Shown: piece after piece, positions 9,844 through 20,032 of the stretch
How the letters are laid out: each line of letters opens with the position of its first letter
Position numbering within the stretch: the stretch's first letter is position 1
Origin: Candidatus Heimdallarchaeota archaeon
GTDB taxonomy: Archaea > Asgardarchaeota > Heimdallarchaeia > Hodarchaeales > Hodarchaeaceae
Length of the DNA: 64,000 nucleotides
Reading direction: 5' to 3'
Assembly (NCBI GenBank): GCA_011364965.1
Contig: RDOB01000006.1
Location: 96,001 to 160,000 of the forward strand
Program-made: the position numbers and the translations under genes
The notes under the pieces: generated by a model
Seen by the model: the letters and a program-made list of their open reading frames with translations, nothing else
Told to the model about the DNA's origin: nothing
Databases searched by the model: none

Positions 9844-11286
9844 TTGTCAGAATTAGAATTAAAAGATTTGATTGGAAAATTAGAAGAAGATGGATCTGTT
9901 ACCAATTTCATTCAAGATTTTATGAATTATTGGAGTAAAATCCGACATGGAGCCTCTATTAATGGAAATGTGACAGGATGGAAAGACTGGGATCAAACCA
10001 TGCGAGAACTCCTTCCAATTACCGAGGAACTGCATACAAAATGGAAAAATATTTTCAAAAGAATTGATGGATATATAGACACATTTTCTTCAATTCTTCT
10101 GGAGCTAAAAGGAGGATCAATACTATTTCCAAAACAGATTATTTTTTTTGAATCTGTAAGGGAAGAAGACCTACTTGCACAATTAAAAGCTAATCCTACC
10201 CTTGAAACCCTAGAAATGGTTTTGCTTTCTTTATCTAGTGGTTTTAATCTTAAATTACGTAAGAATGATCTAAGAATTGTTCAAAAAATAGCAAATCCAA
10301 GATTTTCCAAATCTTTAGATCATTTTCCAAAACATAAGGAACTTGCGTATTTCATTAGATCTGATGTTCGGACAGTTTCAAGCAGTCTTTCTTATTTAAT
10401 CCAGAATAATATCCTTTCAACCATTTATCTAATAGATACTGCAAGAATTGGTTATAAAACTTCAGTGTTCTATCATCTAAAATTAGATCAAGAAAAGAGT
10501 ATCTATCCACACATAATCTTATCTTTTCCCTTATCTACCGATAGAAAATTAAATGCAACTGTAGTTCAATACCCCTATAGAGGTACCAAAAAATACTCTG
10601 AGCTTCGTACTTTTTTCAACACAGATCAAATTCAATTAAATAAGGAGTATAGAGGGTGGAATTTTGCTACTCTTACCTCTTATCCTAGCAACCGTTGGAA
10701 TTATCGCCCACCATTAATTCAACCAGGGGGAAGTTGGACTAAAAGGGTTTTATCATCTAATGATGGAATTACTTTCGATTTAAACCCCGAATTTGATCCA
10801 TATGAATTAACATATCGTGAAGCAAGAATATTGGCTTATATCAGTAAATATGGAACCTTTTCTGAAACTGATCTTTCTAAACAGCTCAAAGTAACGAGAA
10901 GTTATATTACTTCTGACTGGAAAGCTCTATTAAGGAGGAAAATCATCTCTAGATTTCCAATTTTTTCTAATTTGGGTTTAGATTCATGGTTTTATATATC
11001 TATAAGAAATTTAACGCTTAACTCTATTTTGACTATGGAGGACATAATTCAACACCTAAAATTTTTCCCCTATTGTAATCTTATTTATAATGATAAGAAA
11101 GGTGATCTCCTCGGTTTAATTTGTCTACCATCGAAATGGGTTAGTTCTTTTATCTTTCAACTTTGCTACCTTCCTAAAATTGTCCCTGGATGCGCCTTTA
11201 ATTATTATATTGGCCCAGATATCCATAATCCATGGGGATTTGACATAGAGGGCACATATAATTGGGAGCTTTCAAAATCCTATTAG
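9844..11286 (+). CDS. Tandem Lrp/AsnC-like transcriptional regulator (two wHTH plus effector-like domains)
   Basis: LRKNDLRIV...KELAYFIRSDVRTVSSSLSYL...IDTARIGY and LTYREARIL...TDLSKQLKVTRSYI...FSNLGL; paralog of 43886-45361. Confidence 0.75.
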   Translation: MSELELKDLIGKLEEDGSVTNFIQDFMNYWSKIRHGASINGNVTGWKDWDQTMRELLPITEELHTKWKNIFKRIDGYIDTFSSILLELKGGSILFPKQIIFFESVREEDLLAQLKANPTLETLEMVLLSLSSGFNLKLRKNDLRIVQKIANPRFSKSLDHFPKHKELAYFIRSDVRTVSSSLSYLIQNNILSTIYLIDTARIGYKTSVFYHLKLDQEKSIYPHIILSFPLSTDRKLNATVVQYPYRGTKKYSELRTFFNTDQIQLNKEYRGWNFATLTSYPSNRWNYRPPLIQPGGSWTKRVLSSNDGITFDLNPEFDPYELTYREARILAYISKYGTFSETDLSKQLKVTRSYITSDWKALLRRKIISRFPIFSNLGLDSWFYISIRNLTLNSILTMEDIIQHLKFFPYCNLIYNDKKGDLLGLICLPSKWVSSFIFQLCYLPKIVPGCAFNYYIGPDIHNPWGFDIEGTYNWELSKSY

Positions 11287-11350
11287 CTACGAGCTAAAAA
11301 ACTAACTCTATTTCCAAAAGATAAATGAACTTTCTTTTCAGAGAGTACTT

Positions 11351-11680
11351 CTACTCATCGGTTGGTTTTTCAATTATTACAGAAATCTGTTTCCCTGTTA
11401 GTAATGAAGTCACTACTTTTTTTCGTGCAGCATCTAAGATACGCCAAAACGAGCTTCGACTTATTTTCATTCTTTCTGCAGCTTCTTCTTGAGTTAGATT
11501 TTCCTCATCTATTAATTTCAGAGCCTCGAGTTCTGCAGGCGTTAATTGTAATGTACTACCTCCTTCTATATGGTAAAAGTCGCTAGAAATTGCTGGGGTG
11601 ACTCTAGGACGACCTCCACGGAATCCACGTCCGTATCTTCCTCTTCCATGTCCTCCCCGTCCGCGTTTGAGTCTTGGCAT
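11351..11680 (-). CDS. DUF134 HTH protein with RG-rich N-terminus
   Basis: GRPR, ELEALKLIDEENLTQEEAAERMKISRSSFWRILDAARKKV. Confidence 0.9.
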   Translation of the reverse strand: MPRLKRGRGGHGRGRYGRGFRGGRPRVTPAISSDFYHIEGGSTLQLTPAELEALKLIDEENLTQEEAAERMKISRSSFWRILDAARKKVVTSLLTGKQISVIIEKPTDE

Positions 11681-11734
11681 AATTTATCAGTAAGTTATTT
11701 TTTATAATTTTTAAAACTTGGGTTCTTTCCGATA

Positions 11735-12916
11735 TTATTGTTCTTTCATTAGACTATCAAATAAGGCAATTAAGGAAACAATATGCCTGTGTTTGGTCTG
11801 TGGCATGATCACAAAGCGGAGGAAGTCATCTACGATTGAAGTTGTCCAACCTTGCTTCCAAAGAACATCATGAATGTAATTAACTGTGAGAGGTGAATCA
11901 AAGGGGGATTTTATCCCTAGAATATTAAGTGTAGGTTTTACTGGAATAAGAAAACCTCTTTTTCGTAATTCTTTCTCTAAGAAGAGAGTATTTTCGATAC
12001 ATTGGAGGACTGATTTTTGGTAACCTTCAAAATGAAATTTTTGCCATAAAAAAGCAAAAGAAATAGCTGAAGCGCCTGAGCGAGTTCCAGTTAATGTCTT
12101 TTGTTTCGGTATACCAGGTAAATATGGGAGTTTGAATTCGATTGCGCTAGGAAATGATGTATCGCGCCATAGCAATCCTCCTCCACCAGGCGCTACACGT
12201 CCCATTTTATGGATGTCAATGGTCATTGTACTTAATGCTTTCAAATCAAACGAGAGATTATATTTTTGTCTATCTCCTAAAAAAGGGATTATTAAGCCTC
12301 CAAATGCGGCATCAACATGAAAATCAAGGTTATATTTTAAACAGATGTCATTTATCTCTTTTAGAGGATCGATTGAACCTAATGCTGTTGTCCCTGCGAC
12401 TCCAACAAAGGCTAATGTTTTATCGGAAATAGTTTTTTTTGCCTCATGAATGTCGATTTTATATTCTGAATTCAAATTAATTTTTATGAGTTTCAAGCCA
12501 AGAAGATCACAAGCTTTATCGATAGAAATATGAACTGATCGGGGAGCTATAATTTCAGGAGCATAATTTAATTCAAGAAAGTTAGGAAATCTCCGATTTC
12601 TTATTGACCAAAGAGCGGTTATATTTGCTTCCGATCCCCCTGAAATAATTACACCTGTCCCTGTTGGAGGAAGATTGACTAATTTACCTAAAATAGTGAT
12701 TACATACGATTCAATCTCCTTAGTTCCAGAAAAAAGAGCTGGATCTCCTAAATTTCGATGGATATTTTTTGCAAAAAACTCCCGTGCAAGAGGTTCGCTA
12801 TTCATTGAACTTAAAACTTTTCCTGTTTGATACGAAAAGTCCTTTTCCAAGATTTTTGGCAGATTCAAATGCTTATCTGTCGTAGCGATCTGTTTGGGCA
12901 ATGAATTGAACTCCAT
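11735..12916 (-). CDS. mfnA: PLP-dependent L-tyrosine/L-aspartate decarboxylase
   Basis: NLGDPALF, SGGSEAN, AGTTALGSIDP, HVDAAFGG, DIHKMG (PLP lysine), TGTRSGA. Confidence 0.88.
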   Translation of the reverse strand: MEFNSLPKQIATTDKHLNLPKILEKDFSYQTGKVLSSMNSEPLAREFFAKNIHRNLGDPALFSGTKEIESYVITILGKLVNLPPTGTGVIISGGSEANITALWSIRNRRFPNFLELNYAPEIIAPRSVHISIDKACDLLGLKLIKINLNSEYKIDIHEAKKTISDKTLAFVGVAGTTALGSIDPLKEINDICLKYNLDFHVDAAFGGLIIPFLGDRQKYNLSFDLKALSTMTIDIHKMGRVAPGGGGLLWRDTSFPSAIEFKLPYLPGIPKQKTLTGTRSGASAISFAFLWQKFHFEGYQKSVLQCIENTLFLEKELRKRGFLIPVKPTLNILGIKSPFDSPLTVNYIHDVLWKQGWTTSIVDDFLRFVIMPQTKHRHIVSLIALFDSLMKEQ

Positions 12917-13242
12917 TCGAGGTTTAACTTAGGTACGAACGATTTTGTTAACAATGTGAAAAATCTTTATGATTTTACTTGTATACACACTATATACTGA
13001 CAAATTTAATTTTAAATATCAATCATTATCTAGGATTCTCCAATAGGGATTTGAAACACAAAAGTTACTGCTATAGAATTTCCTAAATCATTAGTTTAGT
13101 TGTCTTCTTAGAAGTTTCAGGTGAATTCTGAAGATTATAGTATTGATTAAGCTCTATGACAATAATTAGTTCCTTGACAACAACCAGTTTCTTGTTTCAA
13201 CTAGAGTTCAATCCTTTAAATCATCAAAAAAAGTAAATGGGA

Positions 13243-14019
13243 TTAATTAGACTTTCTTTTGACATCTAAAGCAAGTCTAACTAACATTCCTGCAATTATT
13301 ACTCCTGTTGCTAACAGGGCAATAATTACAACATCGTTTTGTCTATTGAACTGCTTTACTGCAATACCTATAAAAGCCCAAACAGGAACGAGAGCATATG
13401 CATAATCTCCTCTTGTAAAAGTAAGAATTAATGCAATTATTGTCGCAACAGTTATTACTAATGCAGTCCAAGTCACTTCATTTATACCAAGTCCATCCCA
13501 GTTGATAGATACGAGTAAAGCTGTAATATTAGCAACTGTGGCAACAGTTATCCAGCCTAAATAAACACTGAAAGGAATTTGAGATGTGATTTTTAATTTC
13601 CGACTTACTTTATCTAATCCGATTTCTAATCGAATATAGATTAGTATTAATGAGGCAAGAAGAATCAGCATTACTATTAATGATTCGAATAATCTCTCAT
13701 AATGCCAAAAAATAATCCAAGCTGAATTCGCAAGATTACTTATGATAAATAATATTGAGACTCTCTTAATAATATATTCATCACTATATTTCGGTACAGC
13801 TTGAAAAATCGTAAAGATAGCTAATAATATGTATATTAGTCCCCAAATGCTGAATACATATCCTGCGGGTACAAATAAGTTGGGAAACGAGTCACTGAGT
13901 TCTGCAGTTGTTTTGCCATTCAATGGAAGGATATTCGCTAAGGAATTCATTACAATAGTTAAAATAAAACTCAATATATTGCCATAAATTAAAAAGGATT
14001 TTTGTTTTATTATTGACAT
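13243..14019 (-). CDS. TspO/MBR-related tryptophan-rich sensory membrane protein
   Basis: PNLFVPAGYVFSIWGLIY, NSAWIIFWHY, PFSVYLGWITVATVAN. Confidence 0.8.
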   Translation of the reverse strand: MSIIKQKSFLIYGNILSFILTIVMNSLANILPLNGKTTAELSDSFPNLFVPAGYVFSIWGLIYILLAIFTIFQAVPKYSDEYIIKRVSILFIISNLANSAWIIFWHYERLFESLIVMLILLASLILIYIRLEIGLDKVSRKLKITSQIPFSVYLGWITVATVANITALLVSINWDGLGINEVTWTALVITVATIIALILTFTRGDYAYALVPVWAFIGIAVKQFNRQNDVVIIALLATGVIIAGMLVRLALDVKRKSN

Positions 14020-14458
14020 TTATTTACACCTCGCTTGTATGTTTTCTATGGTAAATTAATTAATCCTATGGGATTCTATTATTTTAAATTTTTTTCAATT
14101 TATCCAAAGTGAAATTAACCCTACAATTTAAATTAACATTACATTGATATTGATTAATTCAATATTTTTTCTATCAAAAATGCTTTTCTCCTCTATGAAT
14201 GTAACTTTACAATCGGAATTTAATGACGAACCATGAAGAGAAATAAATGAAGACTCTTTTTTCTTTCTAATATTCCTTGATGAAGATTTAAACCATAGGT
14301 TATGTTTGTTCTTGATTCACTTTCTTTAATTTTGATATTGTATTTATCTCGGAGTATTTTTTATGGATGTAGTGCTTCTTAAAATCCTTTTCTCTAGGAA
14401 ATTTTATTTTAAAAATATTTAACCTGAAGGTATTTGAATCGTAAATAAGGGATTACTT

Positions 14459-15199
14459 ATGATTATTGAAGATAAAAAAATTTTGATAACAGGTGTGGCA
14501 ATAGGTGGGATTGGCGAGGCAATAATGAGAAAACTTTCGAATCAGAATAATAATATCCTTATTACTAGCCTAAATATGTCAAATGAACGGTTTCCTAATA
14601 TTAAGAATTTTTCAGTAGATTGTACATCTGAAGAAGGAATAAATAAGTTAAAGAAATGGATTCTAACTGAGGTTGGAGCTATCGATGTACTAATAAATGC
14701 TATAGGGGGATCACTAGCGTCTAAAAATATCTTTAAAGTCAGTGCTTCCTTTTTTAATCGTGTTTTAAGTGTGAATTTAACATCTGCTTTTCTCCTATCT
14801 AGAATAGCTCCTGAAATTATGCCTGAAGGAGGAGCTATAGTCCATATTGTTAGTTCTTCAGCATATGAACCATCAATTACGAAAATGCCCTATGGAGTAG
14901 CAAAAGCAGGATTAGTTTACCTAATCCGTTCAATGGCACAAGTATTAGCTCCTAAAATACGAATTAATGGCGTATCCCCTACCTATGTATTTACCAAACG
15001 ACATGAGGAAGAGCTGAAGAAAGAGGCTATAGATACTGGAATTCCAATTGAAGAACTAACCTCTAAACAGATTGCTAAACAACTCCTAAATTATCCATTA
15101 GTACCAGAAGATTTGAATGAGATGATAGAATTTGCAGCAACTACTAAATTAATGACTGGAAAAATCCTAGATGCATCATTGGGGCGAATTTTTTATTAA
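14459..15199 (+). CDS. Short-chain dehydrogenase/reductase
   Basis: ITGVAIGGIG, LINAIG, YGVAK (YxxxK), IRINGVSP. Confidence 0.88.
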   Translation: MIIEDKKILITGVAIGGIGEAIMRKLSNQNNNILITSLNMSNERFPNIKNFSVDCTSEEGINKLKKWILTEVGAIDVLINAIGGSLASKNIFKVSASFFNRVLSVNLTSAFLLSRIAPEIMPEGGAIVHIVSSSAYEPSITKMPYGVAKAGLVYLIRSMAQVLAPKIRINGVSPTYVFTKRHEEELKKEAIDTGIPIEELTSKQIAKQLLNYPLVPEDLNEMIEFAATTKLMTGKILDASLGRIFY

Positions 15200-15724
15200 A
15201 GTGTGAAAGGATTTTTGGAATTTATTGAGCTTTGGTGAAATCATCACACGACAGTATGTTTGTGTTTTATTCTCATTATAATAATCTTGGTGGTAATCTT
15301 CAGCTGGATAAAAGTCTTTAATTGGTGAAAGCTTAGTCACAATTGGGTTATCCCAGGATTTTAAGTCATTCAGTTCCCTTATTATCTTCTCTGCAATGGT
15401 TTTTTGTATTGGAGTATGGTAGAATATCTCAGATCGATATTGAGTACCTATATCAGGTCCTTGTTGGTTCAATTGAGTTGGATCATGAATAGAAAAGAAG
15501 ATTTCTAATATTTGACTGAAGGATATAATATCTGGATTAAAGGTAATTTGGACGACTTCTGCGTGGCCTGTTTTACCTGAACATACCTCCTCATAAGTTG
15601 GATTTTTTGTAGAACCTCCTGTATATCCGGATTCAATGCTTTCAATCCCATTCACTTGTCGGAATACAGCATCTAAACACCAAAAGCATCCTCCTGCGAG
15701 AGTAGTAATTTCTAACATTCCCAT
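15176..15724 (-). CDS. msrA: Peptide methionine sulfoxide reductase A
   Basis: AGGCFWC, GYTGG, TGHAEVV, QGPDIGTQYRS, AEDYHQDY. Confidence 0.96.
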   Translation of the reverse strand: MGMLEITTLAGGCFWCLDAVFRQVNGIESIESGYTGGSTKNPTYEEVCSGKTGHAEVVQITFNPDIISFSQILEIFFSIHDPTQLNQQGPDIGTQYRSEIFYHTPIQKTIAEKIIRELNDLKSWDNPIVTKLSPIKDFYPAEDYHQDYYNENKTQTYCRVMISPKLNKFQKSFHTLIKNSPQ

Positions 15725-15730
15725 GTGTAT

Positions 15731-17113
15731 CTATACCTCATTTAAATTCTGAAACATCATTATTGCCTGCTTTCTAGCCTTAAAATGATTTACAATTGGC
15801 CTAGGATACCCTAAATCCTTTATTGATGATTTCTCTAAATTATGGATTTCTTGAGTATCTAAGTCTCTCAATTCTGGAATATATTTTTTAATATATTCCC
15901 CTTCTGGATCGAATTTTCTTTGTTGAGTCCATGGATTAAAAATTCTGAAGTAGGGGACTGCATCGCAGCCTGTGCCACTACTCCATTGCCAATTTCCATT
16001 ATTTACGGATATATTATAGTCAATTAATCGCTGGGCAAAATATCTTTCTCCCCACTGCCAATTAATATGTAAATCTTTTGTTAAAAAGGACGCTACTATC
16101 ATACGAACACGATTATGCATGAAACCTGTTTGATTGAGTTGCCTCATTCCTGCGTCAATTATCGGAAAGCCTGTTTTTCCTTCTGTCCATAATTTAAATT
16201 TCTCTTTATCATTAAACCATTGAATTAGTCGATATTTTTCTCTGAATGAACTTTTGTATACAAAAGGGAAATGAAATCCTATATAATGATAAAAATCTCT
16301 CCAGTATAATTGTCTTAGTAACGGGATATTTCTACAATCATAGAAACGATGAAAAGTTTCTCGAATTGAAATCGTACCAAAATTTAAATGAGCAGATAGA
16401 TTCGTAGTAGATTCTTTTGCAGGAAAATCACGATCTATTTCATAGCTATCAAATTTATCGATCTTAGATAAAATCTTTAAACCAACATGCCTTCCCCCTT
16501 TGATATAAGTATGAGGGTTTGATATTAATTCATTTTTGCTATCTATAATTGCAAAATCATTGATTTTTAGAAAGTTTCCTTTTAATGGGTTTTCTTTAGG
16601 TTTTAGAACTATATTTTCAGTAGCTCTATTATAATATGGAGTAAATACAGTGTAAGGAGTGCCATCCTTTTTCAATATTGTTTCAGGCTCATTTAAAAGT
16701 AAGTCAGAGAATATTCTTAATCGTACATTTCTTTTTTGAGCCACTTCTGCTAGTAAATTGTCACGTTTTTGACTATATGGAGTGTAATCTCGATTGAGAA
16801 AAATAGAGGTAAAATTTTGTTGATGATCAGATAAAAGTCGATCTAAAATCACCCAAGGTTTTCCCTCAAATAAGAATAATTTACCTCCTACGCGTTCCAG
16901 CTGAGCTTCTAAATCCTTGATAGATTCTTGCATGAATTGTATTGCATTTTTACTTTTATTAGGACTAGTAAGAAGTAAAGAATCGTAAATAAAAACAGGT
17001 AAAACCAGATTTGAAGATTCTATTGCAGAAATTAGAGCACTATTATCATTAAGTCTTAAATCCCGCCTAAAAATAACAATAGAAGAATTATCCGAGGTTT
17101 CGTTATTCATCAT
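15731..17113 (-). CDS. phrB: Deoxyribodipyrimidine photolyase (class I CPD)
   Basis: FRRDLRLNDN, GKTGFPIIDAGMRQL, GFMHNRVRMIVASFL, NNGNWQW, YFRIFNP. Confidence 0.93.
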   Translation of the reverse strand: MMNNETSDNSSIVIFRRDLRLNDNSALISAIESSNLVLPVFIYDSLLLTSPNKSKNAIQFMQESIKDLEAQLERVGGKLFLFEGKPWVILDRLLSDHQQNFTSIFLNRDYTPYSQKRDNLLAEVAQKRNVRLRIFSDLLLNEPETILKKDGTPYTVFTPYYNRATENIVLKPKENPLKGNFLKINDFAIIDSKNELISNPHTYIKGGRHVGLKILSKIDKFDSYEIDRDFPAKESTTNLSAHLNFGTISIRETFHRFYDCRNIPLLRQLYWRDFYHYIGFHFPFVYKSSFREKYRLIQWFNDKEKFKLWTEGKTGFPIIDAGMRQLNQTGFMHNRVRMIVASFLTKDLHINWQWGERYFAQRLIDYNISVNNGNWQWSSGTGCDAVPYFRIFNPWTQQRKFDPEGEYIKKYIPELRDLDTQEIHNLEKSSIKDLGYPRPIVNHFKARKQAIMMFQNLNEV

Positions 17114-18013
17114 CTAAATTTTCCCAATTTCAAGTAACCAATTGGCAACTTTAATAGCGCTTTGTTCTTTATCTCGTATTTCGAGCATCAGGTCAAAATC
17201 AAATTCTTCAACTTTATAGATAAACTCTTTAAATAGTTTAAGGTCAATTGAGCTGGCATGTCTTCCGATTCGTGCACTAGGTTCTTGATGACTCCAATCA
17301 ATCATAGGGATTCCATCTTCAGTATTCCAGTGATCCTGTAAAACATCTAATGATTCCACGACCGTCTCATTATTATTTTTTATTGAATGATGAAAGATGT
17401 CAAATACAACTGGAATCTCTAATTCAGTAGATATCTTTAAACAGTCTCTGTAATCAAAGGATCGGTCATCATTCTCAATCACTAATCGTTTTTTAATAAA
17501 TTCGGGTATTAGCTGAAAATTTGCAATAAATCGCTGTAGTGCCTTTTCTTTATTTCTATAAACCCCTCCCACATGAATTTGTACTTTTGCAGTTTCATCT
17601 AGGTTTAATTGCTCTAGTATCCAAGTATTCGCGTATAACTCCCTAACACTTTTCTTAACAATTTCCTCCTTAGGAGAATTTATAATTGTATATTGACCAG
17701 GGTGCATGTTAATCCTCAAAGCTAATTTTTTAATTTTTCGGCCAATTTCTATAAATAAATCCGAAAACGCATCTTCTATCTCAATCCACGGGATTGATAT
17801 GGAATGGGAAATAAAAGGGATAAAATCCGCAATTCTGTAAAAGTAAAGATGATTTTGTCCGCTAAACTCTATTGTTTTTAAAACGCATTGAAGATTGGAC
17901 TCAATTGTTTGCATAATTCTTCCTTTAGAATAGGAAGCTAAAAAAAATGATTTATCAGGTCTACAATTAATTGATGTATTTGCTGACCCAACAAATCCAA
18001 TTTTCACATGCAA
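17114..18013 (-). CDS. uvsE: UV DNA damage endonuclease (UvdE)
   Basis: RINMHPGQYTIINSP, QIHVGG, LVIENDD, VFDIFHH, DLMLEIRDKE. Confidence 0.93.
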   Translation of the reverse strand: MHVKIGFVGSANTSINCRPDKSFFLASYSKGRIMQTIESNLQCVLKTIEFSGQNHLYFYRIADFIPFISHSISIPWIEIEDAFSDLFIEIGRKIKKLALRINMHPGQYTIINSPKEEIVKKSVRELYANTWILEQLNLDETAKVQIHVGGVYRNKEKALQRFIANFQLIPEFIKKRLVIENDDRSFDYRDCLKISTELEIPVVFDIFHHSIKNNNETVVESLDVLQDHWNTEDGIPMIDWSHQEPSARIGRHASSIDLKLFKEFIYKVEEFDFDLMLEIRDKEQSAIKVANWLLEIGKI

Positions 18014-18107
18014 TTTCTCCTATTTTATTAGGTTCCTTTCTTAAAAATTGGATTTGGACTAAAATTGAATTTATTCTATTATAAAATAGATTTTCTCATC
18101 CCTTTAT

Positions 18108-18527
18108 TCACAATCCTAATTGTGTAAATATTATTCCTCCAATAACCACAGCTATTGTGATGATTAAAGCATTAATTATGGATTGGAAAATAATTTTGGT
18201 TGCTTTATTTCTATCTTTCATCTGCGATTCGTTATCTTCGATTTTTATAGTTAAGCTTAAACCACTAGAAACATTTTGTTGATGAGTAAATCCGTAAGCA
18301 GCGCAAAATTTATTTCTAGCTTGTATAAATCCGATGTTTAACATTAAAGCAGGGATAAAGATAAATATCCCTATGATTGGGTTTAATTGTATAAAATAAA
18401 TCAAACTCAAATAAGCGAAGATCGAAATTATCGTAAGAGCAAGTCCTAAATAGCCTATTCGACGCCTTTTTTCAATCTCTGCTTCTCCAATGTTACATAA
18501 TCCTGCTGTATATTGAATTTCAGACAT
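18108..18527 (-). CDS. Small membrane protein of unknown function (CNIG motif)
   Basis: GLCNIGEAEIEKRR, FCAAYG, 3 TM; coupled to the Rieske gene. Confidence 0.75.
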   Translation of the reverse strand: MSEIQYTAGLCNIGEAEIEKRRRIGYLGLALTIISIFAYLSLIYFIQLNPIIGIFIFIPALMLNIGFIQARNKFCAAYGFTHQQNVSSGLSLTIKIEDNESQMKDRNKATKIIFQSIINALIITIAVVIGGIIFTQLGL

Positions 18528-19555
18528 TATTTTACCTCGTTTCTTTTTTCTAAATAATTTTCGATTAATTTTTGTCGAATTCGACGATATTCGACTATTG
18601 GTCGATCCCCTTGGATAAGTTTTTGTCCCTGCATTTTATATACCGACTTCAAAGGGTGTTGAGTAATTACAACTCTTTTATCCTGGCCTGCAATTAATAA
18701 ATTTCCTCTCGCGCCGACTCTACCAATTATTGCACCAAGGAGAGGAATCGAAGATTTCAAATAAAACCGAAGATAGAGTAAGGTATTTTCTTCATCTATA
18801 GGAGAAAAAGCAATAAAAATTATTGTTGAATTACTTATCCTATTCATCCAGATATTAGGAAATCGAAAATATAGATATGTTTTCAGATTATCAGGAATTT
18901 CACTATATTTCAGAGGAATTGTAATTCCGTCATCTTTTACATTAAACGGTTGCACTTGGATTTCGATGAGACCATCATCTCCCTGACATTCTCTAATTCC
19001 AGGGCCATGAACCAATGTTCTATAGCCCCTACCTATAGTCCTTGAGTGTACAAAGGGGAGATGCACAACATCTAACTGATTTTCAATAACCAATGAATAA
19101 TGAACATTCCAGTGATCTATTTTTGTATAATACTTGAAATCTTTATTTAAAAGTTCCTCGAACATCGGAACAGCAGGAAGCTTCCCCTCATCCTCTGGCC
19201 ACTTACCCCAATAGATAAAAATCAGTCCACCCATCTCTCTAGTTATATAAGCCCTTTGTTTAAAGTAATGCTCGACAATAGCGTTTTTTCCTCTCGCTGG
19301 AATCACCTTCACCTCTCCAGTTTTATCATACTGAAAGCCATGAAATGGACATTCAAGGCGATGATTTATTACTTTCCCTTTTGATAGTTGAGCGCCTCGG
19401 TGGATACATTTGTCTAAAGTGCAGTGAACATCGCCATTCTGAATTCTCCAAAACACCAACTTTTCACCAAGACGGACAACTCCAATTAGTTGACCTTTTT
19501 TTACTTGTTTTGATTCTAAAACTGCATACCATTGATTAGGAATCATTTTGGACAC
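18527..19555 (-). CDS. Rieske [2Fe-2S] non-heme iron oxygenase (VanA/KshA-like)
   Basis: CIHRGA...CPFHG Rieske site; ENQLDVVHLPFVH mononuclear Fe site. Confidence 0.9.
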   Translation of the reverse strand: MSKMIPNQWYAVLESKQVKKGQLIGVVRLGEKLVFWRIQNGDVHCTLDKCIHRGAQLSKGKVINHRLECPFHGFQYDKTGEVKVIPARGKNAIVEHYFKQRAYITREMGGLIFIYWGKWPEDEGKLPAVPMFEELLNKDFKYYTKIDHWNVHYSLVIENQLDVVHLPFVHSRTIGRGYRTLVHGPGIRECQGDDGLIEIQVQPFNVKDDGITIPLKYSEIPDNLKTYLYFRFPNIWMNRISNSTIIFIAFSPIDEENTLLYLRFYLKSSIPLLGAIIGRVGARGNLLIAGQDKRVVITQHPLKSVYKMQGQKLIQGDRPIVEYRRIRQKLIENYLEKRNEVK

Positions 19556-19566
19556 CTATTTTAGTT

Positions 19567-20016
19567 TTAAGGACAAATCTTAACCAAAGTCTCAACTATT
19601 TCCTGCATTCGGTCAGAATAATTCCATTGAAATACATTTAGAGGGGAAAGCTCAATAGCAACCTCTGATACTCTTCGGTTCATTAAATTTCTTGCTAAGG
19701 AATTTTCAATTCCTCCTAAATAGCGATTCAGGAGTATTTTTAAAATCTCATCACCTTTAGATTCAATAATTTTTGCTTTAGCCTGTCCCCTCACCCCGCA
19801 ATAGGGAGGAGTGTCACTTGCGATCTCGAAAGCACATTTCGGGTTATAAAAAAGATATTTGATGACTTTAGCTGATTTTACGGTTGCTAAATAAATTTTT
19901 TCATCTAAATAGACATACCAGAGACTCACTATAAAGGGCCAACCTGTATTAGTAGTTCCAGATAATCTTAATGGTATTAAAGATTGAATGAGGTATTCTT
20001 TATAGGTTTCTAACAT
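19567..20016 (-). CDS. Pyridoxamine 5'-phosphate oxidase-like flavin-binding protein
   Basis: GWPFIVSLWY, NPKCAFEI, PYCGVRGQAKA. Confidence 0.85.
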   Translation of the reverse strand: MLETYKEYLIQSLIPLRLSGTTNTGWPFIVSLWYVYLDEKIYLATVKSAKVIKYLFYNPKCAFEIASDTPPYCGVRGQAKAKIIESKGDEILKILLNRYLGGIENSLARNLMNRRVSEVAIELSPLNVFQWNYSDRMQEIVETLVKICP

Positions 20017-20032
20017 TTATACTCCTCAAATT

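Noticed and set aside
12917-14458. RNA genes or small ORFs in the long gaps flanking the TspO gene
   Set aside because: AT-rich, with no tRNA cloverleaf, convincing stem or coherent reading frame found by eye.
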